A stretch of DNA of 64,000 nt from IMG/VR virus record IMGVR_UViG_3300021519_000006, positions 1-64,000 of that record. One strand, 5' to 3'. This stretch comes from a virus. A program made the position numbers and the translations under genes. Shown here piece by piece: positions 32,505-40,656 of this stretch (positions are counted from its first letter, which is position 1; every line of letters begins with the position of its first letter). The notes beneath the pieces are model-generated. The model was not told where the DNA came from and did no database searches. It saw nothing but the letters and a program-made list of their open reading frames with translations.

Positions 32505-33278
32505 TTACCCGAAGATTCCTTTACCGCGGTCAGATGCGGCTTTACCCAACAACTTTCCACGATATTTTGCGTACTCGGTAACCGACATAGCGGCAATTTG
32601 ATCCGCCGTGAACTGTTGTTGATCCGAATTGGTGTCCATAGGTCCGCTAGGAGGAGTTGTTACACTCGTCCCTTTCATTTCCTTACGAGCAGTCTGCATA
32701 GCAGATTGCGCCGATTCCAAGATCCGTGAGCTGCGCTCGCGTAGTCCTGTAATACTTTGTTCGATCTCTTCAGGATTATTTCCTGAAATTAGATCTAAGA
32801 GCTCAGGCATAATATTGTCCTGCTCTTCTGATAAGCGACGATTGCGGAACTCATTAAGTTCTGCATACTGACGCTCACGCTCTAGAAGGGTAAAAGCACG
32901 CTCACGTTCAAGCTTTTCTACTTCTAACTTCTGAGCCCACTCTTGTTCTTTACTCTCAAGAAGTGCTCGTACATCCATTTCAGATTCAGCCTTTTTCTTG
33001 GCTTCAGCTTCAGCGGCATCCTTGGCCAGTTGGGCCTCAGTAATACGCTCTTCTCGCTCTTTCTTGAGCAAATTCAATTCATCTTTTAGAGAATCAATTT
33101 GTGGGTACAATTTTGATTTCTCTTGCTCACGTACCTTCTGCAAGTCGCCTTCTGTGTAAGACTTCTCAGTAGGTGTTACTAGTGGTGATGGTTCTGCTTT
33201 TGTTTGTTGCGGCTTTGCTTCTGAAGCAAAAGCTTCTTGAGCAATAGCATTATCAACAAGGTTTGTTGTTTCTGACAT
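32505..33278 (-). CDS. Capsid scaffolding protein
   Basis: Glu/Lys coiled coil, C-terminal IAAMSVTEYAKYR; between portal and capsid. Confidence 0.85.
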   Translation of the reverse strand: MSETTNLVDNAIAQEAFASEAKPQQTKAEPSPLVTPTEKSYTEGDLQKVREQEKSKLYPQIDSLKDELNLLKKEREERITEAQLAKDAAEAEAKKKAESEMDVRALLESKEQEWAQKLEVEKLERERAFTLLERERQYAELNEFRNRRLSEEQDNIMPELLDLISGNNPEEIEQSITGLRERSSRILESAQSAMQTARKEMKGTSVTTPPSGPMDTNSDQQQFTADQIAAMSVTEYAKYRGKLLGKAASDRGKGIFG

Positions 33279-33384
33279 GTTTATTCCTTAGGTGTAAGAG
33301 GTCGTTGTCCGATGTAGTGCCACGATGACCTGCGGATATATTGGTATTAGACTTGCAAATTTTTTATGATTTGTCAGCCTAAAT

Positions 33385-35094
33385 TTATTCTGGTTTATCC
33401 TCGTCAGGTGTGCGGCGTTGTGGAATTTTTGTTCCGTACGCCTGAGTAACGAGATCAACCTGTGTTTGCTGAAGTTCTTGTAGAACTCCTTCTTCCATTG
33501 GAGTAATTACTCCTGGCTGTCCAAATGGTCCTGGACCAGTTCCATCCCCTGGGGTAGATCCTGGAGGCATTGTGCCGTCTGGGAGCATTCCGGTTAGGGA
33601 GGTAATAGAAGCTGCAATTTGATTCTTGATCAATTGTAGAGCGCCGTCAGCCTTAGCATCGGCTATAAGCTCTGAACGAATTTCTTCAAGCTTTTCGTCT
33701 GGGAATTCTTCACCAAGCTGACGAAGAGCTCCTTCACGACTTTCTAGACCCATGCCCATTTTTGTCTGAATTTCATTCAAAACAATGAGCTTATCTAGAG
33801 GTAGTGGAGGTGGGAAATGAACTGTAGATTCGTAAGTTAGCGGGCTGTTGATGTCTAGCTGGTCTAGCTGGACCCCAACCTTAATTGGCCCATTAATTGC
33901 TGGATTGTAAGTAAATACTTCTGGTTCTTTAAAAGCAAGAGTAAGTAGGATCAATTCATTAACTCGTCGAAGACCTTCACCGTATTGGATCATCTTTTGC
34001 TGGTAACGGTTCATCAAAGGTTGGAACTGAATAGAAAGTGCAACACCTGAAGTATTAGATACTGGCTGTACTTGACCTAGAGCAGTCTCTGGTACACCGA
34101 CCATTTCGTGCATAGCTGTCTTTATTACCTTGAGGTACTCCATTGCACCAACGAGGCCTTGTCCGCCTCCTTCTAGGTTAAAGACTTGAGCGTCTTTTGG
34201 TAGCCCGCCCCAGACCTTCTTCGGACCTTTTTCAAGGGAAGAGGCCTTAGCACCTGTGATAACTGTAACTGGCGCCGCATGGTAGTTGACAATGTCCGCA
34301 ATATCTGTTGCTACTTCGTTATAGTTACGATTAAGAACAATGATGTCGTGGCAATCAGGAAGCCCCCATGGAGATCCGGAAACACGTACGTTAGGTATGT
34401 GAATAATTGGTACTACGCCAATAGGGTTTGGGCGGCTATCGATAATCTCGTCATTGATATATTCTTCAATGCGGTCATCTGTAAGGATTTCTGTGTAAGT
34501 ATAAACTTGTCGAGTTCCTTCAGCTGAAGTACCCCAGAAACGATACTTAAGCTTAAAACGAATCAAACGTGAGCGATCGTGGGGGTGGAACTCTGGGAAT
34601 GCAAAAGATGAGTTAAGTGGAAGTACGCGTACGCGACCTGGGTGAATACGGCCTACAGAGTCTTCGTAACCTTCTTCGTAAGCTACCTTGATAAAGCAGT
34701 CGCCAGATACTCCGCCTTGCTGGCCCATTTCCCACATAACAGAGTGCTTGTCGTTATCTATTTCCCACACACGCTTAAGAACGTCAGGGATAATAGCTTC
34801 TGTTGCTGAGGGGCTACGAAATGAAGCGCCGCGACCAAATGTAAAGTTAATGATGTAATCGGTAAAAGCACGATAATAGTTATAAACCATTTGGGACTCG
34901 CCAATTTCACGGCGGTACGACCAGTGGTGTCCAAGATACATTGCCCAGTTTAATGAATAACGGTTTAGGCGGGGACCGTGTACTTCAAACTCTTCGTCAG
35001 CTAATTCAACAAGACCGAGTGGAGAGATAGAGATTGTTAAGTCAGATGACGCAGCTCTGTACGACGGAGGACTAAAATCCATACCACCACTCAC
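33385..35094 (-). CDS. Portal protein (SPP1 gp6-like)
   Basis: NPIGVVPIIHIPN, SGVAL motifs; size and position. Confidence 0.93.
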   Translation of the reverse strand: MSGGMDFSPPSYRAASSDLTISISPLGLVELADEEFEVHGPRLNRYSLNWAMYLGHHWSYRREIGESQMVYNYYRAFTDYIINFTFGRGASFRSPSATEAIIPDVLKRVWEIDNDKHSVMWEMGQQGGVSGDCFIKVAYEEGYEDSVGRIHPGRVRVLPLNSSFAFPEFHPHDRSRLIRFKLKYRFWGTSAEGTRQVYTYTEILTDDRIEEYINDEIIDSRPNPIGVVPIIHIPNVRVSGSPWGLPDCHDIIVLNRNYNEVATDIADIVNYHAAPVTVITGAKASSLEKGPKKVWGGLPKDAQVFNLEGGGQGLVGAMEYLKVIKTAMHEMVGVPETALGQVQPVSNTSGVALSIQFQPLMNRYQQKMIQYGEGLRRVNELILLTLAFKEPEVFTYNPAINGPIKVGVQLDQLDINSPLTYESTVHFPPPLPLDKLIVLNEIQTKMGMGLESREGALRQLGEEFPDEKLEEIRSELIADAKADGALQLIKNQIAASITSLTGMLPDGTMPPGSTPGDGTGPGPFGQPGVITPMEEGVLQELQQTQVDLVTQAYGTKIPQRRTPDEDKPE

Positions 35095-35133
35095 AGGTTG
35101 TTACTCCTTGATTTCATATTCGCCCCTACCCAG

Positions 35134-35403
35134 TTAATTAATAAATCCGCGATCTCTGTTTTTTTTCTTAGCTTCCGCAAGTTTTCTTTTCTTAGCATCT
35201 TCCGCATCTTTTTTTAGATCGCGTAGATTTTCTGGAATATCATGTTTGGAACCAACATATTTCCCCCCTTGCCGATTATATTCGGCACTTACCCATTTAG
35301 CTCCAGGGAAACTTAAATTAGTGCTGTGGGACGGATATTTAGCTTTTGCTTGACCTATAAGTAGGTCCCAGAGTTTTTGATTCTCCGGTATCGGTTTTCC
35401 CAC
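35134..35403 (-). CDS. Basic hypothetical protein
   Basis: GGAGG RBS; AKWVSAEYNRQGGKY. Confidence 0.7.
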   Translation of the reverse strand: MGKPIPENQKLWDLLIGQAKAKYPSHSTNLSFPGAKWVSAEYNRQGGKYVGSKHDIPENLRDLKKDAEDAKKRKLAEAKKKNRDRGFIN

Positions 35404-35421
35404 GGTTCCTCCTGAAGTAAG

Positions 35422-35458
35422 GTACTCAGCCCTGGAGAAGGGGTACAGGGCTGAGTAC
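35422..35458. terminator. Strong intergenic hairpin
   Basis: 13 bp perfect inverted repeat GTACTCAGCCCTG/CAGGGCTGAGTAC; no clear U tract. Confidence 0.55.
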
Positions 35459-35476
35459 GCTCACAGTCTAGTACAT

Positions 35477-35884
35477 TTAGTCAGCTACTGATGCAGGATT
35501 CATACGCTGATAGCGTGATCCTGAGCGAATAACTTCTTCAATAACAACTTCAGAGTGATCTCCAAAGTTACCTTGTGAATATTCAGCAAGGTATGTTGGA
35601 GCTTCTACCCAAGCCGCTGAACCAACGTGTGCACGCTGCTTCATTGTTTCTTCTGGGTATTTTTCCATAACATTGTTATTGTGATTTGGTCGGCCTGCTG
35701 GAGTGTCATACCCCTGGTCAAGACCTAGTTGGAAGTCGTTCGGTACATCTGTATCGGTTGCAATACCCTCTTCAAAACGAAGTGGACCGCGAAGTCCTGG
35801 TGTTGCAGGCGACATCTTGCGCTCGTATGTTGCGCCAACCTTTTCAGGAAAAGAAGGGGTTGGAGCGATGTTTTCTTGTGCCAT
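35477..35884 (-). CDS. Hypothetical protein between terminase and portal
   Basis: AGGAGA RBS; GPLRFEEGIATDTDVP. Confidence 0.75.
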   Translation of the reverse strand: MAQENIAPTPSFPEKVGATYERKMSPATPGLRGPLRFEEGIATDTDVPNDFQLGLDQGYDTPAGRPNHNNNVMEKYPEETMKQRAHVGSAAWVEAPTYLAEYSQGNFGDHSEVVIEEVIRSGSRYQRMNPASVAD

Positions 35885-35964
35885 GCTTTATTTCTCCTAT
35901 GCATAGGGATGAGGGTCCTCAGGTAAAAGTATCGACCTATTTAAGATCTTTAGGTACCTAAACC

Positions 35965-37548
35965 TTAAAAAAATGGCGAGGCGCTTACCTCAACCGTTGG
36001 CATAACCATATCCTGGGTTAGAGAACATGCAATGGCTAAAGAGTCCACAAAGTCATCGTGAGCGTGAGCTTCATCCGGGGCAGCTACTAAGAAATTAGGC
36101 CCTTTGTATTGAACCTCTGCGTCAGTCATTTGCTGGAAAAACTTCTTCCAAAGACGAAGTCGTCTGGTTTTAGCGTGAGCTGGCCAGGAAACCATTTGTC
36201 GTTGAATTAGGGATTGCAAGTGCTTCCACCGCTTAGATTGTTCTGAAGGGCTGGAGGTAATGGCGATAACTTCTGCTCTAGGCATTAGAACCTTTAGGCG
36301 ACCAGCTACAGCATCACCAACTCCGTTAGAGTCAACTCCTATAGCAAGTACGTCATAGTTACTCAAGAAGTTAACAATTTGGAAGTATTGCTCTTCCCAG
36401 TCATCTCCCTGAATTTCTAACCAGTTTAAAACTCTATGATCGTAATAACCAAACTCATCCGGCCTATCCCAGTCAACCCACACAACAGTTACAACTGTAG
36501 AATCGATCTTACGAGCGGGGTCAACACCAACTACAACTGGAGAGCGATGCCAGCTTTTTACAATTTCTTGGGATGTATCACCTAGTTCTTCCATAATAGA
36601 AGAAGTAACAAACATACCGCGTTCTAGCAACCACTTGCAGTTATAGGAAAGTTGGAACTCATCTGAGTCCTCTCCAATACGAAGCATTTCTTTTCTAATG
36701 AACTTCTCATAGTTAGGGTTGAACTTGGCTACGTCACGCCAATCCCATTGGAAGTGGTTCTGACGTTTTCCACGTTCAGTCTGTCTACGCTTGTTTAGTT
36801 GAATAGCCCTATAAAAGTTGTTCTTAAAAGTTGTAGGTGTTCCGGTCTTAACAATAGTAGCGTTGTAGTACGCACCCATAGGAGCAATAGACTTTGAAAC
36901 TACAAAGTCATCTGCTTCTTGACACTCATCAATGATAATTAGGTGGAAAGACTTAGATTCGATCTTAGCTCTTGGGTTAGCTGTCATCATCATAAGAGTT
37001 GACCCAGAGTTCTTAAGTTTGATGTTTCGTACAACTCCCGGAGTTTTTGTAGCCATATCGTCAATCTCAGGGTCACCAAGTACTTCTAGCGCTCGCTCTG
37101 AAGTCAATCGTGAAACTGTACGTCCGTACAGTGTTTCTACCTGTGATTGAATAGGTGCAAACATTCCCACCCAAATTCCGTCTCCAAACTTACCTAGAAG
37201 ATCTGGGTACATCTTTGCAAGGCGGGGAAGAATAACCATAAGGGTTGCAACAGTATTTGCAATGGTTTCAGACTTACCCGACTGGCGAGAAGCTAACGCC
37301 GTTACCTCTTCACCGTCGTTAATAATTACAGACTCAATAACTCGTCTTGCTAGAGGTTCTTGGTAGGCGTGAAGTTCGTGACCTACTAGGAGCTTCATAA
37401 ACTCCATAATTTTATCTATCAATGCCAACACAAACTCTTTAGATAGTTCGTCTAGCTGTATCTCAGGGTTTTCGTCAGGCAGTTCTTCCGGGTCTTCGTA
37501 TGCGGGATCTACGTCTAGCTCTTCGTATTGATCCTCTTCATAGCTCAC
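35965..37548 (-). CDS. terL: Terminase large subunit
   Basis: Walker A SRQSGKSE, Walker B LIIIDECQ, TGTP, nuclease GVDPA and HDDFVDS. Confidence 0.96.
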   Translation of the reverse strand: MSYEEDQYEELDVDPAYEDPEELPDENPEIQLDELSKEFVLALIDKIMEFMKLLVGHELHAYQEPLARRVIESVIINDGEEVTALASRQSGKSETIANTVATLMVILPRLAKMYPDLLGKFGDGIWVGMFAPIQSQVETLYGRTVSRLTSERALEVLGDPEIDDMATKTPGVVRNIKLKNSGSTLMMMTANPRAKIESKSFHLIIIDECQEADDFVVSKSIAPMGAYYNATIVKTGTPTTFKNNFYRAIQLNKRRQTERGKRQNHFQWDWRDVAKFNPNYEKFIRKEMLRIGEDSDEFQLSYNCKWLLERGMFVTSSIMEELGDTSQEIVKSWHRSPVVVGVDPARKIDSTVVTVVWVDWDRPDEFGYYDHRVLNWLEIQGDDWEEQYFQIVNFLSNYDVLAIGVDSNGVGDAVAGRLKVLMPRAEVIAITSSPSEQSKRWKHLQSLIQRQMVSWPAHAKTRRLRLWKKFFQQMTDAEVQYKGPNFLVAAPDEAHAHDDFVDSLAIACSLTQDMVMPTVEVSASPFF

Positions 37549-37778
37549 TTAGTTGTTCTCCGAGTCAATGTTTCCGTAATCGTATGCAAAACTTCTGCGT
37601 GGACGCGTGCTTCTTCTAAAGCGGCCGCGCTATCGTGACGTTGCCACTGAGCAAGGCTTCTACCTATTGTGTACATGGATTGTTCTGCCCAAGCAATAAG
37701 ATCTCCCGCTGCAAGCATGCTTACGCGCTTTTCAATGCGAGATAGTTCCCGTTCTTTCTTATTCTTAAACTTAATCAT
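37545..37778 (-). CDS. Hypothetical protein
   Basis: Helical 77 aa ORF coupled to terL. Confidence 0.7.
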   Translation of the reverse strand: MIKFKNKKERELSRIEKRVSMLAAGDLIAWAEQSMYTIGRSLAQWQRHDSAAALEEARVHAEVLHTITETLTRRTTK

Positions 37779-38068
37779 GAGTCCTCGTCTAGTACGCCGA
37801 ATCTAACCGTATCCCAGTCAACTTCTGTTTGAGCCATTGCCCTTCCCCCAATAGCGTGGGTTAAAGCTTGGCTTTCTTCATACTGAGTCTTCCAACGACC
37901 TAATACTAGTCCAAGTCTGGTAAAGGGCAAACGTAAGGCAACCCCATCGCCACCGCGGTATGGAATATCAATTTCTTGTGTTTCTGCTTTTTCCCATAGT
38001 TCTTTAGGCTTTACCGGATAAACGATAGTGTGCCAATAAAAGGGACCAAAATCTTTTGGTTCCGCCAT
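37775..38068 (-). CDS. Hypothetical protein
   Basis: Coupled ORF in operon. Confidence 0.7.
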   Translation of the reverse strand: MAEPKDFGPFYWHTIVYPVKPKELWEKAETQEIDIPYRGGDGVALRLPFTRLGLVLGRWKTQYEESQALTHAIGGRAMAQTEVDWDTVRFGVLDEDS

Positions 38069-38071
38069 GGA

Positions 38072-38335
38072 TTACTCTTCGCAGTCGTGCGAAAAAGTTT
38101 CGTGCTCCGCAAGTGTCATTTGGCAAATCTTACACGTAAACCAATTCAATGCTTGAAAATTATTTTGAGCGGTTCCACCTAACGGTATGGATTCTCCACC
38201 GCTATCTCCTTGTGGTTCATAATCAGAGATGATGGGCCCAGTTGCAAATAACTCTGGTGGGAAAGGTCCCTTGGGCGAGTGCGCTGTCGCTGGTACGGGG
38301 TGCCCTTGCCTCGTAGCGATGCGCTCAATTCTCAT
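38072..38335 (-). CDS. Hypothetical with C-terminal CxxC...HxC Zn finger
   Basis: CKIC...HDC. Confidence 0.65.
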   Translation of the reverse strand: MRIERIATRQGHPVPATAHSPKGPFPPELFATGPIISDYEPQGDSGGESIPLGGTAQNNFQALNWFTCKICQMTLAEHETFSHDCEE

Positions 38336-38535
38336 TCTTCTACTGGTAACTCTTCTGCTGCAGGCTCTGTAACAACAACTTCAGGTGCTACCTCTACTAC
38401 AACTTCAGGCTCAACTGCTTTCTTGCTAACCTTCTTTACAGGCTCTACAACGGCCGCTGGAGCGATAACAGGTTCAACGAAGGGTACAGAAGGGGTTTTT
38501 CTCTTTGGTGCGTTCCACGGGGCTGCGTAGGCCAT
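38332..38535 (-). CDS. Pro/Glu/Val-rich small protein
   Basis: GAGG RBS; coupled to next gene. Confidence 0.65.
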   Translation of the reverse strand: MAYAAPWNAPKRKTPSVPFVEPVIAPAAVVEPVKKVSKKAVEPEVVVEVAPEVVVTEPAAEELPVEE

Positions 38536-38601
38536 GTGATGATCCTCTCAAATAAATTGGGGTTGCGGGTTGTCTTACCCCTGTATTTACTGTTAGGGTA
38601 G

Positions 38602-38726
38602 TGGTCTATCCAAGAAATTGGGTAGCAAACCTCGAAGCAAAAAAGGTTGCAGACCAGCGCGGTAGACATAGACCGAGCTGCTCGGGTAAGGTGACAGATT
38701 ACCAGGAGTTAGGGATGGCCTTCTAG
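38602..38726 (+). promoter_or_regulatory. Structured 5' leader of transglycosylase gene (candidate cis-regulatory RNA)
   Basis: TGGTCT/AGACCA enclosing ATCCAA-GAAA-TTGGGT and ACCT/AGGT stems; then CGGT/ACCG and GGTAA/TTACC hairpins. Confidence 0.5.
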
Positions 38727-38740
38727 ACACAGGGGATGAC

Positions 38741-39274
38741 GTGCAATTTAATGTATATCAGAAATCAGCAATTGTAGTATTAGCGGCATACTTGCCCTTT
38801 ATAACTAGCGCAGCTTTCGCCCAAGACGAGAGCCCAACCGTTACCACCCAAGTACAACCTGTGAAGGTTGGACTAGACGCCTACGTAGGCGCCACAGAGC
38901 TCTCGCCAACAGAGTTGGTAGATCTGCTCCGTTTGGTTGGTTTTGAGGGTAAATCCTTAAAACTAGCCTGGGCCGTAACCATGAGGGAATCTAGAGGACA
39001 CCCTCTCTCACACAACACCTCAAAGTATTCCGGAGACAACTCCTATGGGTTGTTCCAAATTAACATGCTTGGGAGCCTCGGACCTGAACGTAGGGAGAAG
39101 TTTGGCATCAAGTCAAACTCACAACTACTTGATCCAGTAACCAATGCTAAGGCGGCGTTCTATATGAGCGCTAAAGGTACAGACTGGGGATCTTGGGGCC
39201 TTGGCCCCAATGCCTATGATGGTACCGCAGCAGAGCCGGCCGTAACCGTATGGCTGGTTGATTTTCCAAAGTAA
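38741..39274 (+). CDS. Secreted lysozyme-like lytic transglycosylase
   Basis: Signal peptide ending AFA; AVTMRESRG (catalytic Glu) and SYGLFQIN. Confidence 0.88.
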   Translation: MQFNVYQKSAIVVLAAYLPFITSAAFAQDESPTVTTQVQPVKVGLDAYVGATELSPTELVDLLRLVGFEGKSLKLAWAVTMRESRGHPLSHNTSKYSGDNSYGLFQINMLGSLGPERREKFGIKSNSQLLDPVTNAKAAFYMSAKGTDWGSWGLGPNAYDGTAAEPAVTVWLVDFPK

Positions 39275-39278
39275 ATAG

Positions 39279-39304
39279 AAAAGGCCCCGAAAGGGGCCTT
39301 TTTT
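39279..39304. terminator. Bidirectional intrinsic terminator
   Basis: AAAAGGCCCC-GAAA-GGGGCCTTTTTT between convergent genes. Confidence 0.92.
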
Positions 39305-39590
39305 ATTTCTTCTTAGCTCTACGTTTGTTTTCTTTGCCTACGTTCTTAGAGTGACTCATAGCTTGTAGGTTGGACATCTTGTCGTGACCTTTACGGCCTC
39401 CGTTGTCCTTATGATCTACGTCAGTGTCTTTAGATAGCTTGCCATGCTTGTCTTCATAGTCTGCACGAGCTTTATTCTTGGAAGTGGTGTGCCACTTTCC
39501 ATCTTTACCCTTTGTCTTGTAAACATAAATAGGGCGGCCGCCATTAGCTGCAGAACCTTTATAAGGTCCAAACTTCTTGGTCTCAGCCAT
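39303..39590 (-). CDS. Small basic HNH-motif protein
   Basis: DVDHKDN...SNLQAMSHSKN. Confidence 0.7.
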   Translation of the reverse strand: MAETKKFGPYKGSAANGGRPIYVYKTKGKDGKWHTTSKNKARADYEDKHGKLSKDTDVDHKDNGGRKGHDKMSNLQAMSHSKNVGKENKRRAKKK

Positions 39591-39771
39591 TCTTTTTATG
39601 CCAATCTTTAGTTGCTTTTACGCCTTGCTTAATAGTTTTGGCGCCAGCTTTCTTTGTAAGGTTAATCTTATCGTACTTGCCCTTGTTTCCGGCATGGTCA
39701 ACAATTATCTCGCCCTTTTTGTTCTTCTTAATTGTGTGGCCTTCGCCAGCTACTTTAATAGTCTTAGCCAT
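39583..39771 (-). CDS. Lys-rich hypothetical protein
   Basis: TAATG-coupled start MAKTIKV. Confidence 0.7.
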   Translation of the reverse strand: MAKTIKVAGEGHTIKKNKKGEIIVDHAGNKGKYDKINLTKKAGAKTIKQGVKATKDWHKKNG

Positions 39772-40034
39772 TAGCAGTCCCACGCTCTACGTGCTTTATT
39801 TAAACGGCTGTCTGGATCTTTAGCTGCCTTAGGAAATTGCTTAGCTTGGCCAGCAGAACGTGCGCAATAAGACTTACGACGAGCAGCAGACTTTGGAGAC
39901 TTAGCTGCTTCTTCCTTTTTAACAGGGGGTTTTAAATTGTGACCTTCTTTTTTAGCAGAAGCGCGACCCTTAGCATTGAGACCACCATTAGGGTTTTGAC
40001 CTTCTTTACGTTGCCATGCTGCTGTTTTAGCCAT
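39771..40034 (-). CDS. Basic protein (DUF6321-like)
   Basis: WQRKEGQNPNGGLNAKGRAS...RRKSYCAR...SRLNKARRAWDC. Confidence 0.7.
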   Translation of the reverse strand: MAKTAAWQRKEGQNPNGGLNAKGRASAKKEGHNLKPPVKKEEAAKSPKSAARRKSYCARSAGQAKQFPKAAKDPDSRLNKARRAWDC

Positions 40035-40212
40035 GAACATCTCCTAAGCATTTAGGACAAGGACGTACATCGTTTACCAAGCCGTATCGATATTCGGAGG
40101 AACCTGCTCCGTGAGGTGCTTTTGCTGAATGCACGGTTCTAGTGTTAGGAAGCTCTTCTGGAGTAGGTATCTGATGAACTGCTCCAATAGAAAACTCAAA
40201 GTTGTTATCCAT
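40027..40212 (-). CDS. Hypothetical protein
   Basis: Start at MDNNFEF after AAAGGA; CPKC near the end. Confidence 0.55.
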   Translation of the reverse strand: MDNNFEFSIGAVHQIPTPEELPNTRTVHSAKAPHGAGSSEYRYGLVNDVRPCPKCLGDVHG

Positions 40213-40474
40213 CAATATCCTTTCGTTTAGGAACTTCGTTAAGTCCAGGCTTATCACAATTGTGAGTAAGTGCCATCTTGTCAATAGCTCTTTTTTGCTG
40301 GGCTCCACCGATCATTGTTTCGTATTTATTGCAATCTTGACAATGGTAGCCAAAAATATTTGTATTGTTAGGTCCTTCGCCCTCTTTTACAAAACGACGC
40401 ACATCAGCGTTTGTAGGCTGTTGTGACGGCTTCTTAGGAGCACGTTTACGTGGGCGGCCAGGACTAGAGCGCAT
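40205..40474 (-). CDS. Hypothetical with AT-hook-like motif and Zn finger
   Basis: PGRPRKR; CQDC...HNC. Confidence 0.6.
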   Translation of the reverse strand: MRSSPGRPRKRAPKKPSQQPTNADVRRFVKEGEGPNNTNIFGYHCQDCNKYETMIGGAQQKRAIDKMALTHNCDKPGLNEVPKRKDIDG

Positions 40475-40656
40475 TAGTTGCTTGACTCTCCGCTAGCGCC
40501 TCTTCCAGGCTTAGGGAGGGGCAAACCACGAGGTTCTGGGCTCTCGTACACTTGTTGAGTCATTGTTTCTCGGTATTCCCTAGCGTTATGCCGCAATGAC
40601 TTGTAAGGATGCTCTTCGCCCCTATCAACTAGGAAGGAGTCAAAGTTTCTTGTCAT
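40474..40656 (-). CDS. Hypothetical protein
   Basis: Coupled ORF. Confidence 0.6.
   Translation of the reverse strand: MTRNFDSFLVDRGEEHPYKSLRHNAREYRETMTQQVYESPEPRGLPLPKPGRGASGESSN

Noticed and set aside
39303-39590. Mobile homing endonuclease or intron
   Set aside because: A small gene overlapping its neighbour in an operon, with no interrupted host gene or intron core.
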